From an uncultured cyanobacterium (GTDB lineage Bacteria; Cyanobacteriota; Cyanobacteriia; CAKZMO01), in NCBI GenBank assembly GCA_963719515.1, contig CAVRCJ010000010.1, positions 544,001 to 608,000 of the forward strand: DNA of 64,000 nucleotides, in the 5' to 3' direction. The notes below the pieces were generated by a model that worked only from the letters and a program-made list of their open reading frames with translations, did not search any database and was not told the origin of the DNA. The first letter of the stretch is position 1, and the number at the start of each line of letters is the position of its first letter. Positions 20,525 to 30,474 of the stretch are shown piece after piece. The position numbers and the translations under genes were made by a program.

Positions 20525-21547
20525 CTAGACTGCACGCACAAATTCCTGGCCCGTTCTCGCCCAGCGGGGCAAACTTGCGTCGGGAGCCGAGATCACATCA
20601 GCTTCCACCTGCAGCTCATTGGCCACCTGGGCCCCGCTGGTCACGGGGTCACCCCCCAGGGTAACCGCACCCTTCGTCAGGTCTAGCACCGCGCGACGAC
20701 CGTTGCGGCTGATGGCCCAGGCCCCCTTGCTGTCTAGGGCGTCGTTGATCTCGACCGGGACGCCGTCGATGTCCCAGCTTCCCAAAAGCGCCTTTAGCCT
20801 AACGCCGACCGGATCCGCCAGGCTGAGGGCGCGATCGCTGCGGATCATATTTTGGGAGGCTTGGCAGATGACGGGGTCCGAATTGCGGTTCGCCCCGCAG
20901 GCCCCGCCGACCGCACCACACACGGCGCTAGGCGGAATGTCGGTCTGCTGAACTGCACATTTGTCGACGAGGTTGAACAGAGCCCCAATGGTGTTGAACC
21001 GCTGAGTCAAGCAGAGAATGCCTTTTTCACCGTTGTTCCAAGGATTTCGGGGAAGGTTTAGCCTGAAGAGCTGGGCGCGGCTCTCGCCATTGGCGAGCCT
21101 GGGATCAAATTCGGCACCAAATAGGTCTTCCAAGGTTGGGCTCGCGCCGGGAATCGCGTCTTGAATGCCCGCCATTAGAGCCTCAACGCTGACCCGCGCT
21201 AGGGCCTGGTAATACTCTGGAAACTCGGTGGTAAAGGTAACCCGCGCGATCGCCCCCGTTTCAGAGCGCTCCGTCCACCATTCCACATATTCGTCCTGCC
21301 ACCGAAAGCGATCGCGATCGATTTCCTCAAACGGGGCCGAGGCTGTAACCGGAAATGCCCGCCAAGGCACAGAATTGATCTGGCTCGTGCCGGCTGGCAG
21401 GGTTTCAAATGCGTCGAGCACGGCGAACCCGGAGTTAGGTAAGCGGGCGGAGTTTTGGTAAAAGCCATCGACTATGGCTCGGTATTCGTCGAGTGCCCCC
21501 TGCTGCTTTAGGAAATCGGTTCCGGTGGGATCTATATATGCAAACAT
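20525..21547 (-). CDS. Conserved hypothetical protein (QDEYxEW / FTxExPEY / NPWN / RNSDP motifs)
   Basis: 340-aa ORF co-oriented 46 bp upstream of the CxxCH gene. Confidence 0.8.
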   Translation of the reverse strand: MFAYIDPTGTDFLKQQGALDEYRAIVDGFYQNSARLPNSGFAVLDAFETLPAGTSQINSVPWRAFPVTASAPFEEIDRDRFRWQDEYVEWWTERSETGAIARVTFTTEFPEYYQALARVSVEALMAGIQDAIPGASPTLEDLFGAEFDPRLANGESRAQLFRLNLPRNPWNNGEKGILCLTQRFNTIGALFNLVDKCAVQQTDIPPSAVCGAVGGACGANRNSDPVICQASQNMIRSDRALSLADPVGVRLKALLGSWDIDGVPVEINDALDSKGAWAISRNGRRAVLDLTKGAVTLGGDPVTSGAQVANELQVEADVISAPDASLPRWARTGQEFVRAV

Positions 21548-22074
21548 ATCAGTTACTCATTTACTCTCATCAGAAGCGCTGGTCTAGATCGCCACAACCC
21601 ACGCGGTCTCAAACCTATAGGCATTGAGAAGCCAGCCGCCCGTCTGCGTCGTGGTGATATCGTAATCTCTACCCTTCGCTACAGCGTATTCAGAGTGAAT
21701 TACGCAATTGATGAGTGAATTGGCATGTAAGGATTTTTAAAGGCCGTAAGCTGTCCCTCTGCGGCAAACGCATCCGAGAGCTGCCGATTACGCTTGAGAA
21801 ACTGCTGTAGGCTTCTACTGTGCCAACGTTGGTCAGCTTGTGGAGCTTCAAGCCATTGCCAATGCCGCGATTCACCCTAGAGGTGTCGCGAGACCGATTT
21901 TCCCTGGTAGACTAGGGGCCTGGTCCGGTGCTTTTGGCCCGCCGCGATCGCCCCACTCCCAAACAGCATCGCCGGACTGCTTGAGGCGGAAGCCTTAAAA
22001 TACTGGTTTTTGAATGTGTAGGCTGGACGATGTCGAAACCAACAGCTAGGTTTCTGAAACGTGCTGAGCGCCGC

Positions 22075-23037
22075 TCATTTATAGCTACTCATCGCCTTTG
22101 TTTGAACGGATAGGTTTGCTTCCTCCCAAGCTCTGAATAGCCCTAACTCAGGTTTCAGCTCAGCAAGCCCGATACTGGTAATGATCTGAGAACAACCCAG
22201 GTTGGTCTGCACCTTGTCGGCTAGCGCTTTACCCTGCTTGAAGCTACAATCTACGCACAAAATTGCAAACTTATCGCCACCAACGCGAGCAAGGTAACCG
22301 ATATATTGCCCACTGAGAGCGCTTTTGATGAGTCTTGCTGCTCTACGCAAATACTCATCACCGGCTGAATGTCCTTTGATATAGTTGATTCGCTTCAGAT
22401 TATCCAAATCCAAATCAATCGAAATAATGCAGGCTGACTGACCTAAAACTTTGCAGTTTTCTTCTTCTTTCGCAAGGAGCTTATTCCAAGCGTGGCGGTT
22501 AAATACGCTGGTCAGAGAATCTCTAAACAACAAGGTCTCGAATTCTGCAGTTTGTTCCATCGTAGCCTCAGGCTCTAGCCGAGCATCGATAAGTGCGGTG
22601 ATCAGCTTGCCTGTGATGGTGATCAGCGGCAAATGAGCTTCGACGGATTGAGGCAGCGGCTCAGGATGAATGGCGCACAAAGTTCCAAAGAGATCCCCGC
22701 TCTTAGAGAGCAGCGGGACACCGGCATAGGCTCCTATCTCTAAGTGCTCGACAATTGGGGCTCTGGTGTAGGCGTCAATATTTTGAACGGCTGATGTAAT
22801 AAATGGACCGTTGCCGAGCACCATCTGATAGCAGCAAGAATCCATCCAGTTGAACACAGTACCTTCAGCAACGCCGTAGCTGTGGTCATCCACCTGCAAA
22901 ATGATCCAGTCTTTCCCGTCAACGCGGGTGATCATCCAAAGGTCAAATCCTACCGTCTGATGAAGGAAGGCAAGTGTCTCGCGGAATAAGCACTCCAGAT
23001 TAGAAGTGCCGTTGACAGAGCAAGATGGAAACACCAA
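22075..23037 (-). CDS. GAF + degenerate GGDEF protein
   Basis: AYAGVPL...FGTLCAI (GAF); DSLTSVFNR, DLDNLKRIN, ARVGGDKF. Confidence 0.8.
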   Translation of the reverse strand: MVFPSCSVNGTSNLECLFRETLAFLHQTVGFDLWMITRVDGKDWIILQVDDHSYGVAEGTVFNWMDSCCYQMVLGNGPFITSAVQNIDAYTRAPIVEHLEIGAYAGVPLLSKSGDLFGTLCAIHPEPLPQSVEAHLPLITITGKLITALIDARLEPEATMEQTAEFETLLFRDSLTSVFNRHAWNKLLAKEEENCKVLGQSACIISIDLDLDNLKRINYIKGHSAGDEYLRRAARLIKSALSGQYIGYLARVGGDKFAILCVDCSFKQGKALADKVQTNLGCSQIITSIGLAELKPELGLFRAWEEANLSVQTKAMSSYK

Positions 23038-23218
23038 ATAGACCTCAGGACAGAGTGTTCGTTTATACCAGGAATTATAAGCGCAGCACGCTCTACAGGA
23101 GCCAAGCTATCTGCGCTGCCCAACTCAGCAATATATCAGCAGGCGCAGGCGAAATCCAGCGGCTTCAACCAAGCATCGATAAGCGCGGCAACGCAGCACA
23201 GCGTGCAGCCACAATGCG

Positions 23219-23421
23219 TTAATCCAAACGCTTTAAATCACTCTGAAAGTACCATACCGAGTACCCTTCAGCGTCCTGTGGCATACAGGTAACGGAGTAA
23301 TGCCAAGCCTTTTCGTCTTCGTAAAAATGCATCCTCGAATGAAACCTATACTCCCCTGCGGAACTTTGACCATTGTGCCAAGCTCGAAGCTGGGTGGGTA
23401 CAGCTGCATCTCCTCTACCAT
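23219..23421 (-). CDS. Small hypothetical protein (~67 aa) split by a 1-nt frameshift near 23332
   Basis: PPSFELGTMVKVPQGSIGFIRG joins MHFYEDEKAWHYSV...WYFQSDL in the adjacent frame. Confidence 0.45.
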
Positions 23422-23488
23422 TCGCCGACATTCTTATTGAGTAATAGACGTATATTATTATAATATCTTTTTCTCATTACATGGCAAT

Positions 23489-23504
23489 GGTGATCTGCGT
23501 CACA
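23489..23504. promoter_or_regulatory. Putative CRP (SyCrp1-type) site
   Basis: GGTGA-tctgcg-TCACA versus consensus TGTGA-N6-TCACA, upstream of an AT-rich minus-strand -10 region. Confidence 0.4.
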
Positions 23505-23786
23505 AGTAACATCTTTAAAGTAATAGCTTTATTTGGATCGACGAGGATACTTGTGTCTACTGCCTCACCAAAGATGGCAGTCAATACAGGCCAATCCCTT
23601 AAAGCATTTGGTTTCCCAAGCTAGACTTACCAAAGTTGGCTTCGTCTCGGTGAGGGCGTAGCCCTGATCGCCGCCACCCGAGCGCTCAGAGCCGACGCTG
23701 TTCAGGCCTTTTCCCAGTCGTACCCTCACCCCTGCTTCCGCCCGCCTAAGTGCATCGTCGCCACCTCCGAGTCCTCCATCCCAGCC

Positions 23787-24767
23787 ATGTGGTTCAAAGC
23801 CCTCACCGGATTCTCTGAAGTCTCTCCGCAGCAGGTGCGCGAGAACATTGTGGTGGATGGAGACAAGCTGATTTCCCGCGCTAACGGGGCCGTGCTGCAG
23901 TGCGGCGAGCTAGAAACCCCGTCCCTAGCGGAACTGCGACAGCGGGCCTTTTCCCAGGCGGGTGACGGCGCGATCGCCCTGCGGGAGGTGGTGGCCGATG
24001 TGCAGCACCTGCACCGAGACCCCGCGCATGCCGGAGCCCTGTTTCAGGTGGCCTCCCAGTTCAACCTGCTAGAGATGGTATCCCCAGAGGTGACCCCAGA
24101 AGCAGGTGTAGGGATTTACGAGCAGGACCACACCCAGGGGCCGGCCTGTGCGGTCGCCGCCGGGGCGGGGACCCTCTACCGCAACTATTTTGCTGAGGTG
24201 AATGGGCAAATTGGCCAAACGGCCCACAATCAAATTGACTGCCTTACTGACTTAGGGGCGGCGCTCGGCAACGAGGGCGATCGCCTGTGGACCATGAAGA
24301 ATGGCTATGCCCTCCCCTCACGGGCCGGATTAGAGCAGATATCCCACCGCCTGCAAAGCGCGACCGAGGGCGATCGCAATCGGCTGCGGGGTTTGCTGCG
24401 TATTGGCCTGCAGTGGAACACCCAGGTCACCCTAGGGAACTACCAGCATCTGGTATCCCAGGCCTACTGCTCGGCGCTGCCGGTGGCCTATGGGAGCGAG
24501 CCCCAGGCCCTTTGGACCGAGTTCGCAACCCTAGTGCTGGAGGCGGCCTATGAAGCGACGCTTTGCGCGGGAATTATCAACGCGCGGCGCAGCGGCAACC
24601 GTACTGTATTTTTGACGTTGCTGGGCGGGGGCGTATTTGGCAACGACTCAGATTGGATTATTGGGGCTTTGGAACGAGCGGTGGCGCAGTGCGAGGCCTA
24701 TTCACTGGATGTAGCCATCGTCAGCCACGGGGGCCCCAATACCTGGGTGCGACCACTGCTGCGGTGA
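23787..24767 (+). CDS. Conserved hypothetical protein, possibly macro-domain/PARG-like
   Basis: LFQVASQFNLLEM, YEQDHTQGPACA, QAYCSALP, LTLLGGGVFGN motifs. Confidence 0.7.
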   Translation: MWFKALTGFSEVSPQQVRENIVVDGDKLISRANGAVLQCGELETPSLAELRQRAFSQAGDGAIALREVVADVQHLHRDPAHAGALFQVASQFNLLEMVSPEVTPEAGVGIYEQDHTQGPACAVAAGAGTLYRNYFAEVNGQIGQTAHNQIDCLTDLGAALGNEGDRLWTMKNGYALPSRAGLEQISHRLQSATEGDRNRLRGLLRIGLQWNTQVTLGNYQHLVSQAYCSALPVAYGSEPQALWTEFATLVLEAAYEATLCAGIINARRSGNRTVFLTLLGGGVFGNDSDWIIGALERAVAQCEAYSLDVAIVSHGGPNTWVRPLLR

Positions 24768-25307
24768 AGTATTGCCTTACTGGGTTACGCGATCGCTGCC
24801 AATTCTCTACCGCATCTTGACCCAGTGCATTGCGCGACTTTGTCAACAGGGGCAGAGCTCGGGCTCGTGTTTTTGCCAGTCCGCTCGGGAAATCTATCAG
24901 TAGTTCTCCGCGATAGTGGTCAGTCGCGGGTGATAGGGGAAACAAAGCTGAGAACTCAACGTCTATCGAGTTTGTCAAGCTGAGGGCGCGATCGCCGCAT
25001 TTTCATCAAATGGATCTGTAGGTTGACCTTTTCGGGAACAAATAATCCCGTTAGAGCATCTCTGTAGACACATAGCAAGGCGGCACAAGATGCTGACCAA
25101 AAAGACGAAGAAAGGACCTTGGCCACAAAAGCTATGCAGCGCGATGTTGCTCAGCCTTCATTGAAACCGATTTCTTTGAAGCCCATTCCCAAACAGACGT
25201 AACAGCAACGGAGCCCTCGGTGTGCTTACGCAGCACCCTACCAGAATTCTTCGATTCCTCAGGAGCACTGCCATGACGATGATGTTGTTTCAACACTTAG
25301 AATCTCT

Positions 25308-28300
25308 ATGGCTATTATTACCGTTACCAATGCTCGCAACAGCGGAGCAGGATCACTGAGAGAAGCGATCGCCAGCGCCAACAGCGGCGATACAGTTGCT
25401 TTTTCCTCCGAGCTTGCCAACAAAACCATTCGCCTTGACGAACAGCTCGTCATCGACAAGGACATCACCCTCGACGGGGCAGCCGCACCCAATCTCACTC
25501 TCAGCGGCGAGGACAAGACCCGAATCCTACACGTCGACTACAGCTACGTCGACGTCGTCGTCCGCAACCTCACCTTTGCCAACGGCCGCGCCGCCGACAG
25601 CGACCCCAACAAAACTCAACAGGGCGGGGCCATCGAGCTGCGGGGTCCCAACACCCTAGTCGTCGAAAACTCTCGCTTCATCAACAACTCGGCTGAGCGG
25701 GGCGGCGCGATTCACGTCGGCTATGGCGCTAGCGCTACCGTCGTAGGTAGCGAGTTCGACGGCAACGACGGCTCTCTCGCCAACGACGGCTTCAGCGCCG
25801 GGGCGATCTCCACCCAAGGCGGGGGCGAGGGGGCAAAAGTCGTCAATACCAATGGCGATCGCAACGTTGGCGGAGAGGCATTTCTCGACATTCGTGACTC
25901 CACCTTCACCAACAACAAGGGCTCCTACGGCGCAGTCTATACGCTACTGGGCGGACTGCGGGTAGAAGACTCTGTCTTCCGCAACAATGAGGGCACCAGG
26001 GGAGCGGGCGCTATCTTCACCGATGGGGCTAACGGCACTGAGAGAGCTGATAACCTCGGCGGCACGACGCTCATCCGCAACGTCATCGCCGAGAACAATA
26101 CGGGCGGCGGTGACTACGGCGGTGCGTTTTTCCTCTACGGCTACTCCGGCGACAAGTACATCATTGAGAACACGCAGGTCATCGGCAACGAGGCGCGGCG
26201 GGGCGGCGGCATCGGGGTTCAGTCGGCCCGCGACGAAGACAACGGCGTCGAGCTAATCATTCGCGATTCTGTCATTGCAGACAATACGGCCTCCTCCCAG
26301 GGCGGCGGTATCTGGACCAACGTAAAAGGCGGTGTGACCATCGAGGACTCGACCTTTTCGGGCAACCGAGTGACGACTCCGACCGGGGGGGGAGACATCG
26401 GCGGGGCGATCGTCCTCAATACTCCTGAGTCAGCCGAGTCAACAATTACCAACACAACCTTCACCGATAACTACGCCGATCGCCAGTCGGGCAACATCTG
26501 GATTGGAGGGGCACAAAAGGCTCAAAACCTCACCATCACAGATTCTCAGTTTGCCGGTAACCGCGCTGGTAGCCGAGACATGGAGAACACGGTCAACTTT
26601 CCGGTCAATGATGGCGGTGGAAACGTCGTTCAAAATGCAAACCGAGTCGACAATGGGCTGTCTAACGCAACGTTGGTAGACAACCTGCAGATTGACACCA
26701 TTCCACCTGTAGCCGAGGAGCCCGTAGCTGAAGAGCCCGTAGCTGAAGAGCCTGCAGTTGAAGAGCCTATAGTTGAAGAGCCCGTAGCTGAAGAGCCTAC
26801 AGCTGAAGAACCCGCAGTTGAAGAGCCTACAGCTGAAGAGCCCGCAGTTGAAGAGCCTACAGCTGAAGAACCCGTAGCTGAAGAGCCCACAGTTGAAGAG
26901 CCCGTAGCTGAAGAGCCTACAGCTGAAGAGCCTACAGCTGAAGAACCCGCAGTTGAAGAGCCTACAGCTGAAGAGCCCGCAGTTGAAGAGCCTGTAGCTG
27001 AAGAGCCTGTAGCTGAAGAGCCCGCAGTTGAAGAACCCGCAGTTGAAGAACCCGCAGCTGAAGAGCCTGTAATTGAAGAGCCCGTAGCCGATGCTGGCGG
27101 TGGCGACTCTCCTGACATGGACATGTCCGAGCAACCGACACAAATGGACCCAACACAGATGGAAGACCACAATGGCCACATGGGAATGGATTCAAATGGG
27201 GGCGACATGGAGCCCTCAACAGTTTTGTGGTCAGACGCCGGAGAATGGTTAGGCCGCGTGCCCGCCGATGGGGAAGATGTCATCATTCCTGACGGCATGA
27301 CGGTTGTCTTAGACGGTGATACGCCTGATCTCGGTAACCTCGTCGTTCACGGCAAGGTCATGTTTGGTGAAACCGACGTCACCTTGACAGCAGACAACGT
27401 CATCGTCTTCGGCGAGATGATGGCAGGAAGTGAGGGTAAGCCCCACACCCACAAAGCGGAAATTATCCTCACCGGTAAATCCACAGACGCAGACGTCGTA
27501 CTGGCCGATTGGATGGGTGAAGGTCATGCCATGGACAGCGGCGAGCACGCTGGACACATGACTAACCCGATTGATAGCAAAGCCGTCATCGTTGCGCCGG
27601 GCGGAAAGCTAGAGCTGCACGGCGCCGAGGTAGACAGCTGGACTCAGCTCGATTCCACCGCCAACGCGGGCGATACGTCTATTACGCTTGCTGAAAGCCC
27701 CACAGGCTGGAACGTCGGAGATACGATCGGCATTGCCCCCACAGACTTCGACCCCCTCGAAGTTGAAGAGCGCACCATCAGCAAAATCGAAGGCTCAACG
27801 GTCTTCTTTGATAAGCCTTTGGAGTACCGTCACTACGGGGAGCAGCAGGATTTGGGCAACGGCAAACAGCTCGATATGCGGGCTGAGGTGACCAACCTGA
27901 CCCGCAACATCAGCATCACTGGGTCTGACGAAGGCGAGAGCCAAATCCTGGAAACCGATTCCAACAATCCGGATTACTATGCGCGGGCTGGCTACGGCGG
28001 CCACACCATGTATCTAAATGACTCGGAAGTCAAACTTGATGGCGTCGAGTTCAACGGACTAGGGCTATCAGGTGAGCTAGGCCGCTATCCCGTACACTTT
28101 CACCACACCGGTGATGCTGAAGGCTCCTATGTCAAGAACTCATCGATTCACCACAGCTTCCAACGGGGTCTAGTGGTCCACCGAACGGACAACCTGCTGG
28201 TTGAGGGAAACACCACTTTCGACACCATGAGCCATAGCTACTACATCGAAGATGGCGTCGAGACAGGCAACCAATTCGTCAATAACCTCGCTGTACTGCC

Positions 28301-30344
28301 CCGTAGAACGGCCGAAGATTTTCGAATCGACAACGAGAAAAAGTCTCCAGAGCGCCCATCAGGGTTTTGGATTACCAACCAAACCAACGCCTTCGAGGGG
28401 AACCACGTCGCGGGCGTCCTCGGGGGACAGGGATTTTGGTTCCAGGACCCTGACAAAAAATCGGGTACTAGTTCGGCCCGCACAAAAGATACGCCCCTAC
28501 TTCAGTTTGAGGGCAACACGGCTCACACCATTATGTTCAACCCAAGCAATGGTTTGGGCTACGCACCTAAGTGGACTGGTATTGCCCTCGACCTCGGTAA
28601 GTCGTACGACAATAACCCGGATAACGCGCCCATCAAGGACTTCACAGCTTGGAAAACAGGCAATATTGCGATCGCTGTAGGCCATGGAGATGAGGTAGAC
28701 ATTGAAAACCCCACCGTTGCCGAGGCCCGTATAGCTATTCTGACAAGAGCAGGTGCACCTGTTGAGGTCACCACCCCAACGATTGTGGCCGAGACTGAAA
28801 ACGCCGTGGAGGGTCGCGATCTCGACAGCCTCTTGCCTGCGGCCTCTAAGGCTGTTGTTGTGGAGGCTTCGCGTCCGGTTAACTTTATCGACGCCACGAT
28901 TATTGGCGAAGATAAGCTTGTGCTGTCTTCACAAAGACCAGAGCATCAAGGTAATCTGACCGTCACATTCGCCGATGGAAATGCACAAGCCTCCCCTACA
29001 GGCGAAGCGCCAACGGAGCAGCCTCCTGTGGATGAGTCTCCCAGCGAGCCTTCTGCTGACGAGCCTCCTGCCGAGGGCGATTCTGGCGCTGTAGATGTAC
29101 CGAACGAGGGTGGGGAAGTAGACCAGGGTAGCGATCCCGTTATGGAAACGCCCACTGACGGCAGTGGAACGTCGCTACTAGATGGCAGCGCCACCTTCGA
29201 CGGCAGCAGCGACGCCTTTGTCGTAGAACATCAAGCGGCATTTCAGGCAGAATCGGGTAGCCTCAGCTTCCGGTTCAAGGCCAACGACACCTCGGGCACT
29301 CAAGGCCTCATGTCGAAAGACTCAAAGGGTCTTGATGATGGCGGTCACTTGACTCTCCTGATGAAAGGAGATGTGCTACAGCTACGCGCCCAAACTGAAA
29401 GTCAGTCCTTCAGGATTAAGGGCGGTAGCGTTAGCGCGGGTGATTGGCACGACGTTGAGATCAGCTGGGGAGACGACGGCGTTCAGCTGTCGCTTGATGG
29501 GGCTGAGGTGGGTCAGACTAAAGGATTCACCGATCAGTTGATCAACAACCTCGAACCCATCGTCTTTGGTGCTAACCAGCAGGCCAGTGGCGATCAAGTG
29601 GCGGATGAGTTGAGCAATTTCTTCTCTGGAGAAATCGCTGACGTCAGGTTTGATGGCGATCGCGCTGTTGCCGGCGTCTCTGCAACGATTTCTCCCTCTG
29701 GAGTCGTAAAAGAGATCAACCCCGCTGCCGTCTCCACTCCCTTAGAGATGAGTGAGGCACTGTCGATGGAGCAGTCTGAAGCTTTCAAGCCCAAATTCAC
29801 TGCGGAGACGCTGGAGTCTTACGGTGGTAGACAAGACCAAAATCTGGAGGCCAAAGTCTCTGATGGAGGCAATGAGATCGCCCTCAAAGGCAATGGCTGG
29901 AAGCAGCTTGGTGTCGACTACACCATTACCCCTGAAACCACGATGCGCTTTGAATTCCAAAGCAATAGCGAGGGCGAGATTCACTCTATTGGCTTTGACA
30001 ACGACAACGCCATTACCACCGCTGACCAGGCCAATAGCTTCCAGCTATCGGGGACGCAAGAGTGGGGTGTGCAGGACTTTGCCACCTACATGGCAGAGTC
30101 AGGCTGGCAGTCCTTTGAAATTCCAGTGGGCGAGTACCTGCAGGGTGAGGTAGCCTCCTTGACCTTTGGCAACGACCACGACGTTGCCAATCCCGATGCA
30201 GCCAGTCAGTTCCGCAATATTGAGCTGTTTGAGGCATCAGAGGGCGTTGGTAACCAGACCGAAGTTCAAAATGATGACCTGCTAGCGGCAAACGCCGGGA
30301 CAACGACGGCGTTCACGATGGAAGAGCCTGCAACCTTCATGTAG
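25308..30344 (+). CDS. Large extracellular protein: Pmp-like beta-helix, EEP linker, G8 + PbH1 (CEMIP/TMEM2-like), LamG-like and C-terminal beta domain
   Basis: GSLREAI and GGAI repeats; WSDAGEW.GRVP...VIIPDG (G8); GRYPVHFH, SIHHSFQRG, SGFWITN; LamG-like WHDVEISW...FSGEIADV. Confidence 0.8.
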   Translation: MAIITVTNARNSGAGSLREAIASANSGDTVAFSSELANKTIRLDEQLVIDKDITLDGAAAPNLTLSGEDKTRILHVDYSYVDVVVRNLTFANGRAADSDPNKTQQGGAIELRGPNTLVVENSRFINNSAERGGAIHVGYGASATVVGSEFDGNDGSLANDGFSAGAISTQGGGEGAKVVNTNGDRNVGGEAFLDIRDSTFTNNKGSYGAVYTLLGGLRVEDSVFRNNEGTRGAGAIFTDGANGTERADNLGGTTLIRNVIAENNTGGGDYGGAFFLYGYSGDKYIIENTQVIGNEARRGGGIGVQSARDEDNGVELIIRDSVIADNTASSQGGGIWTNVKGGVTIEDSTFSGNRVTTPTGGGDIGGAIVLNTPESAESTITNTTFTDNYADRQSGNIWIGGAQKAQNLTITDSQFAGNRAGSRDMENTVNFPVNDGGGNVVQNANRVDNGLSNATLVDNLQIDTIPPVAEEPVAEEPVAEEPAVEEPIVEEPVAEEPTAEEPAVEEPTAEEPAVEEPTAEEPVAEEPTVEEPVAEEPTAEEPTAEEPAVEEPTAEEPAVEEPVAEEPVAEEPAVEEPAVEEPAAEEPVIEEPVADAGGGDSPDMDMSEQPTQMDPTQMEDHNGHMGMDSNGGDMEPSTVLWSDAGEWLGRVPADGEDVIIPDGMTVVLDGDTPDLGNLVVHGKVMFGETDVTLTADNVIVFGEMMAGSEGKPHTHKAEIILTGKSTDADVVLADWMGEGHAMDSGEHAGHMTNPIDSKAVIVAPGGKLELHGAEVDSWTQLDSTANAGDTSITLAESPTGWNVGDTIGIAPTDFDPLEVEERTISKIEGSTVFFDKPLEYRHYGEQQDLGNGKQLDMRAEVTNLTRNISITGSDEGESQILETDSNNPDYYARAGYGGHTMYLNDSEVKLDGVEFNGLGLSGELGRYPVHFHHTGDAEGSYVKNSSIHHSFQRGLVVHRTDNLLVEGNTTFDTMSHSYYIEDGVETGNQFVNNLAVLPRRTAEDFRIDNEKKSPERPSGFWITNQTNAFEGNHVAGVLGGQGFWFQDPDKKSGTSSARTKDTPLLQFEGNTAHTIMFNPSNGLGYAPKWTGIALDLGKSYDNNPDNAPIKDFTAWKTGNIAIAVGHGDEVDIENPTVAEARIAILTRAGAPVEVTTPTIVAETENAVEGRDLDSLLPAASKAVVVEASRPVNFIDATIIGEDKLVLSSQRPEHQGNLTVTFADGNAQASPTGEAPTEQPPVDESPSEPSADEPPAEGDSGAVDVPNEGGEVDQGSDPVMETPTDGSGTSLLDGSATFDGSSDAFVVEHQAAFQAESGSLSFRFKANDTSGTQGLMSKDSKGLDDGGHLTLLMKGDVLQLRAQTESQSFRIKGGSVSAGDWHDVEISWGDDGVQLSLDGAEVGQTKGFTDQLINNLEPIVFGANQQASGDQVADELSNFFSGEIADVRFDGDRAVAGVSATISPSGVVKEINPAAVSTPLEMSEALSMEQSEAFKPKFTAETLESYGGRQDQNLEAKVSDGGNEIALKGNGWKQLGVDYTITPETTMRFEFQSNSEGEIHSIGFDNDNAITTADQANSFQLSGTQEWGVQDFATYMAESGWQSFEIPVGEYLQGEVASLTFGNDHDVANPDAASQFRNIELFEASEGVGNQTEVQNDDLLAANAGTTTAFTMEEPATFM
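26709..27083 (+). repeat. 15-bp coding tandem repeat, 25 units of xxEEP
   Basis: gtagctgaagagccc-type units counted in the translation. Confidence 0.95.
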
Positions 30345-30394
30345 CCTCAGCTCCTGAACCATCGCGACATTAGGGATTAGCACCCCTAGCAAGA

Positions 30395-30435
30395 CAATCG
30401 CCTCTTCTGTACGCATAGAAGAGGCGATTGCTTTT
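30395..30435. terminator. Intrinsic terminator between the convergent G8 gene and purF
   Basis: 14-bp stem caatcgcctcttct / agaagaggcgattg followed by ctttt. Confidence 0.8.
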
Positions 30436-30474
30436 GGAAATATAGATTAATTGACCAGAGCAATTAACCCCGAC

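Noticed and set aside
26439..27298. Antisense ORFs with Cys/Phe- or Ser/Gly-rich repeats (RiPP-like appearance)
   Set aside because: They are shadows of the 15-bp EEP coding repeat on the + strand
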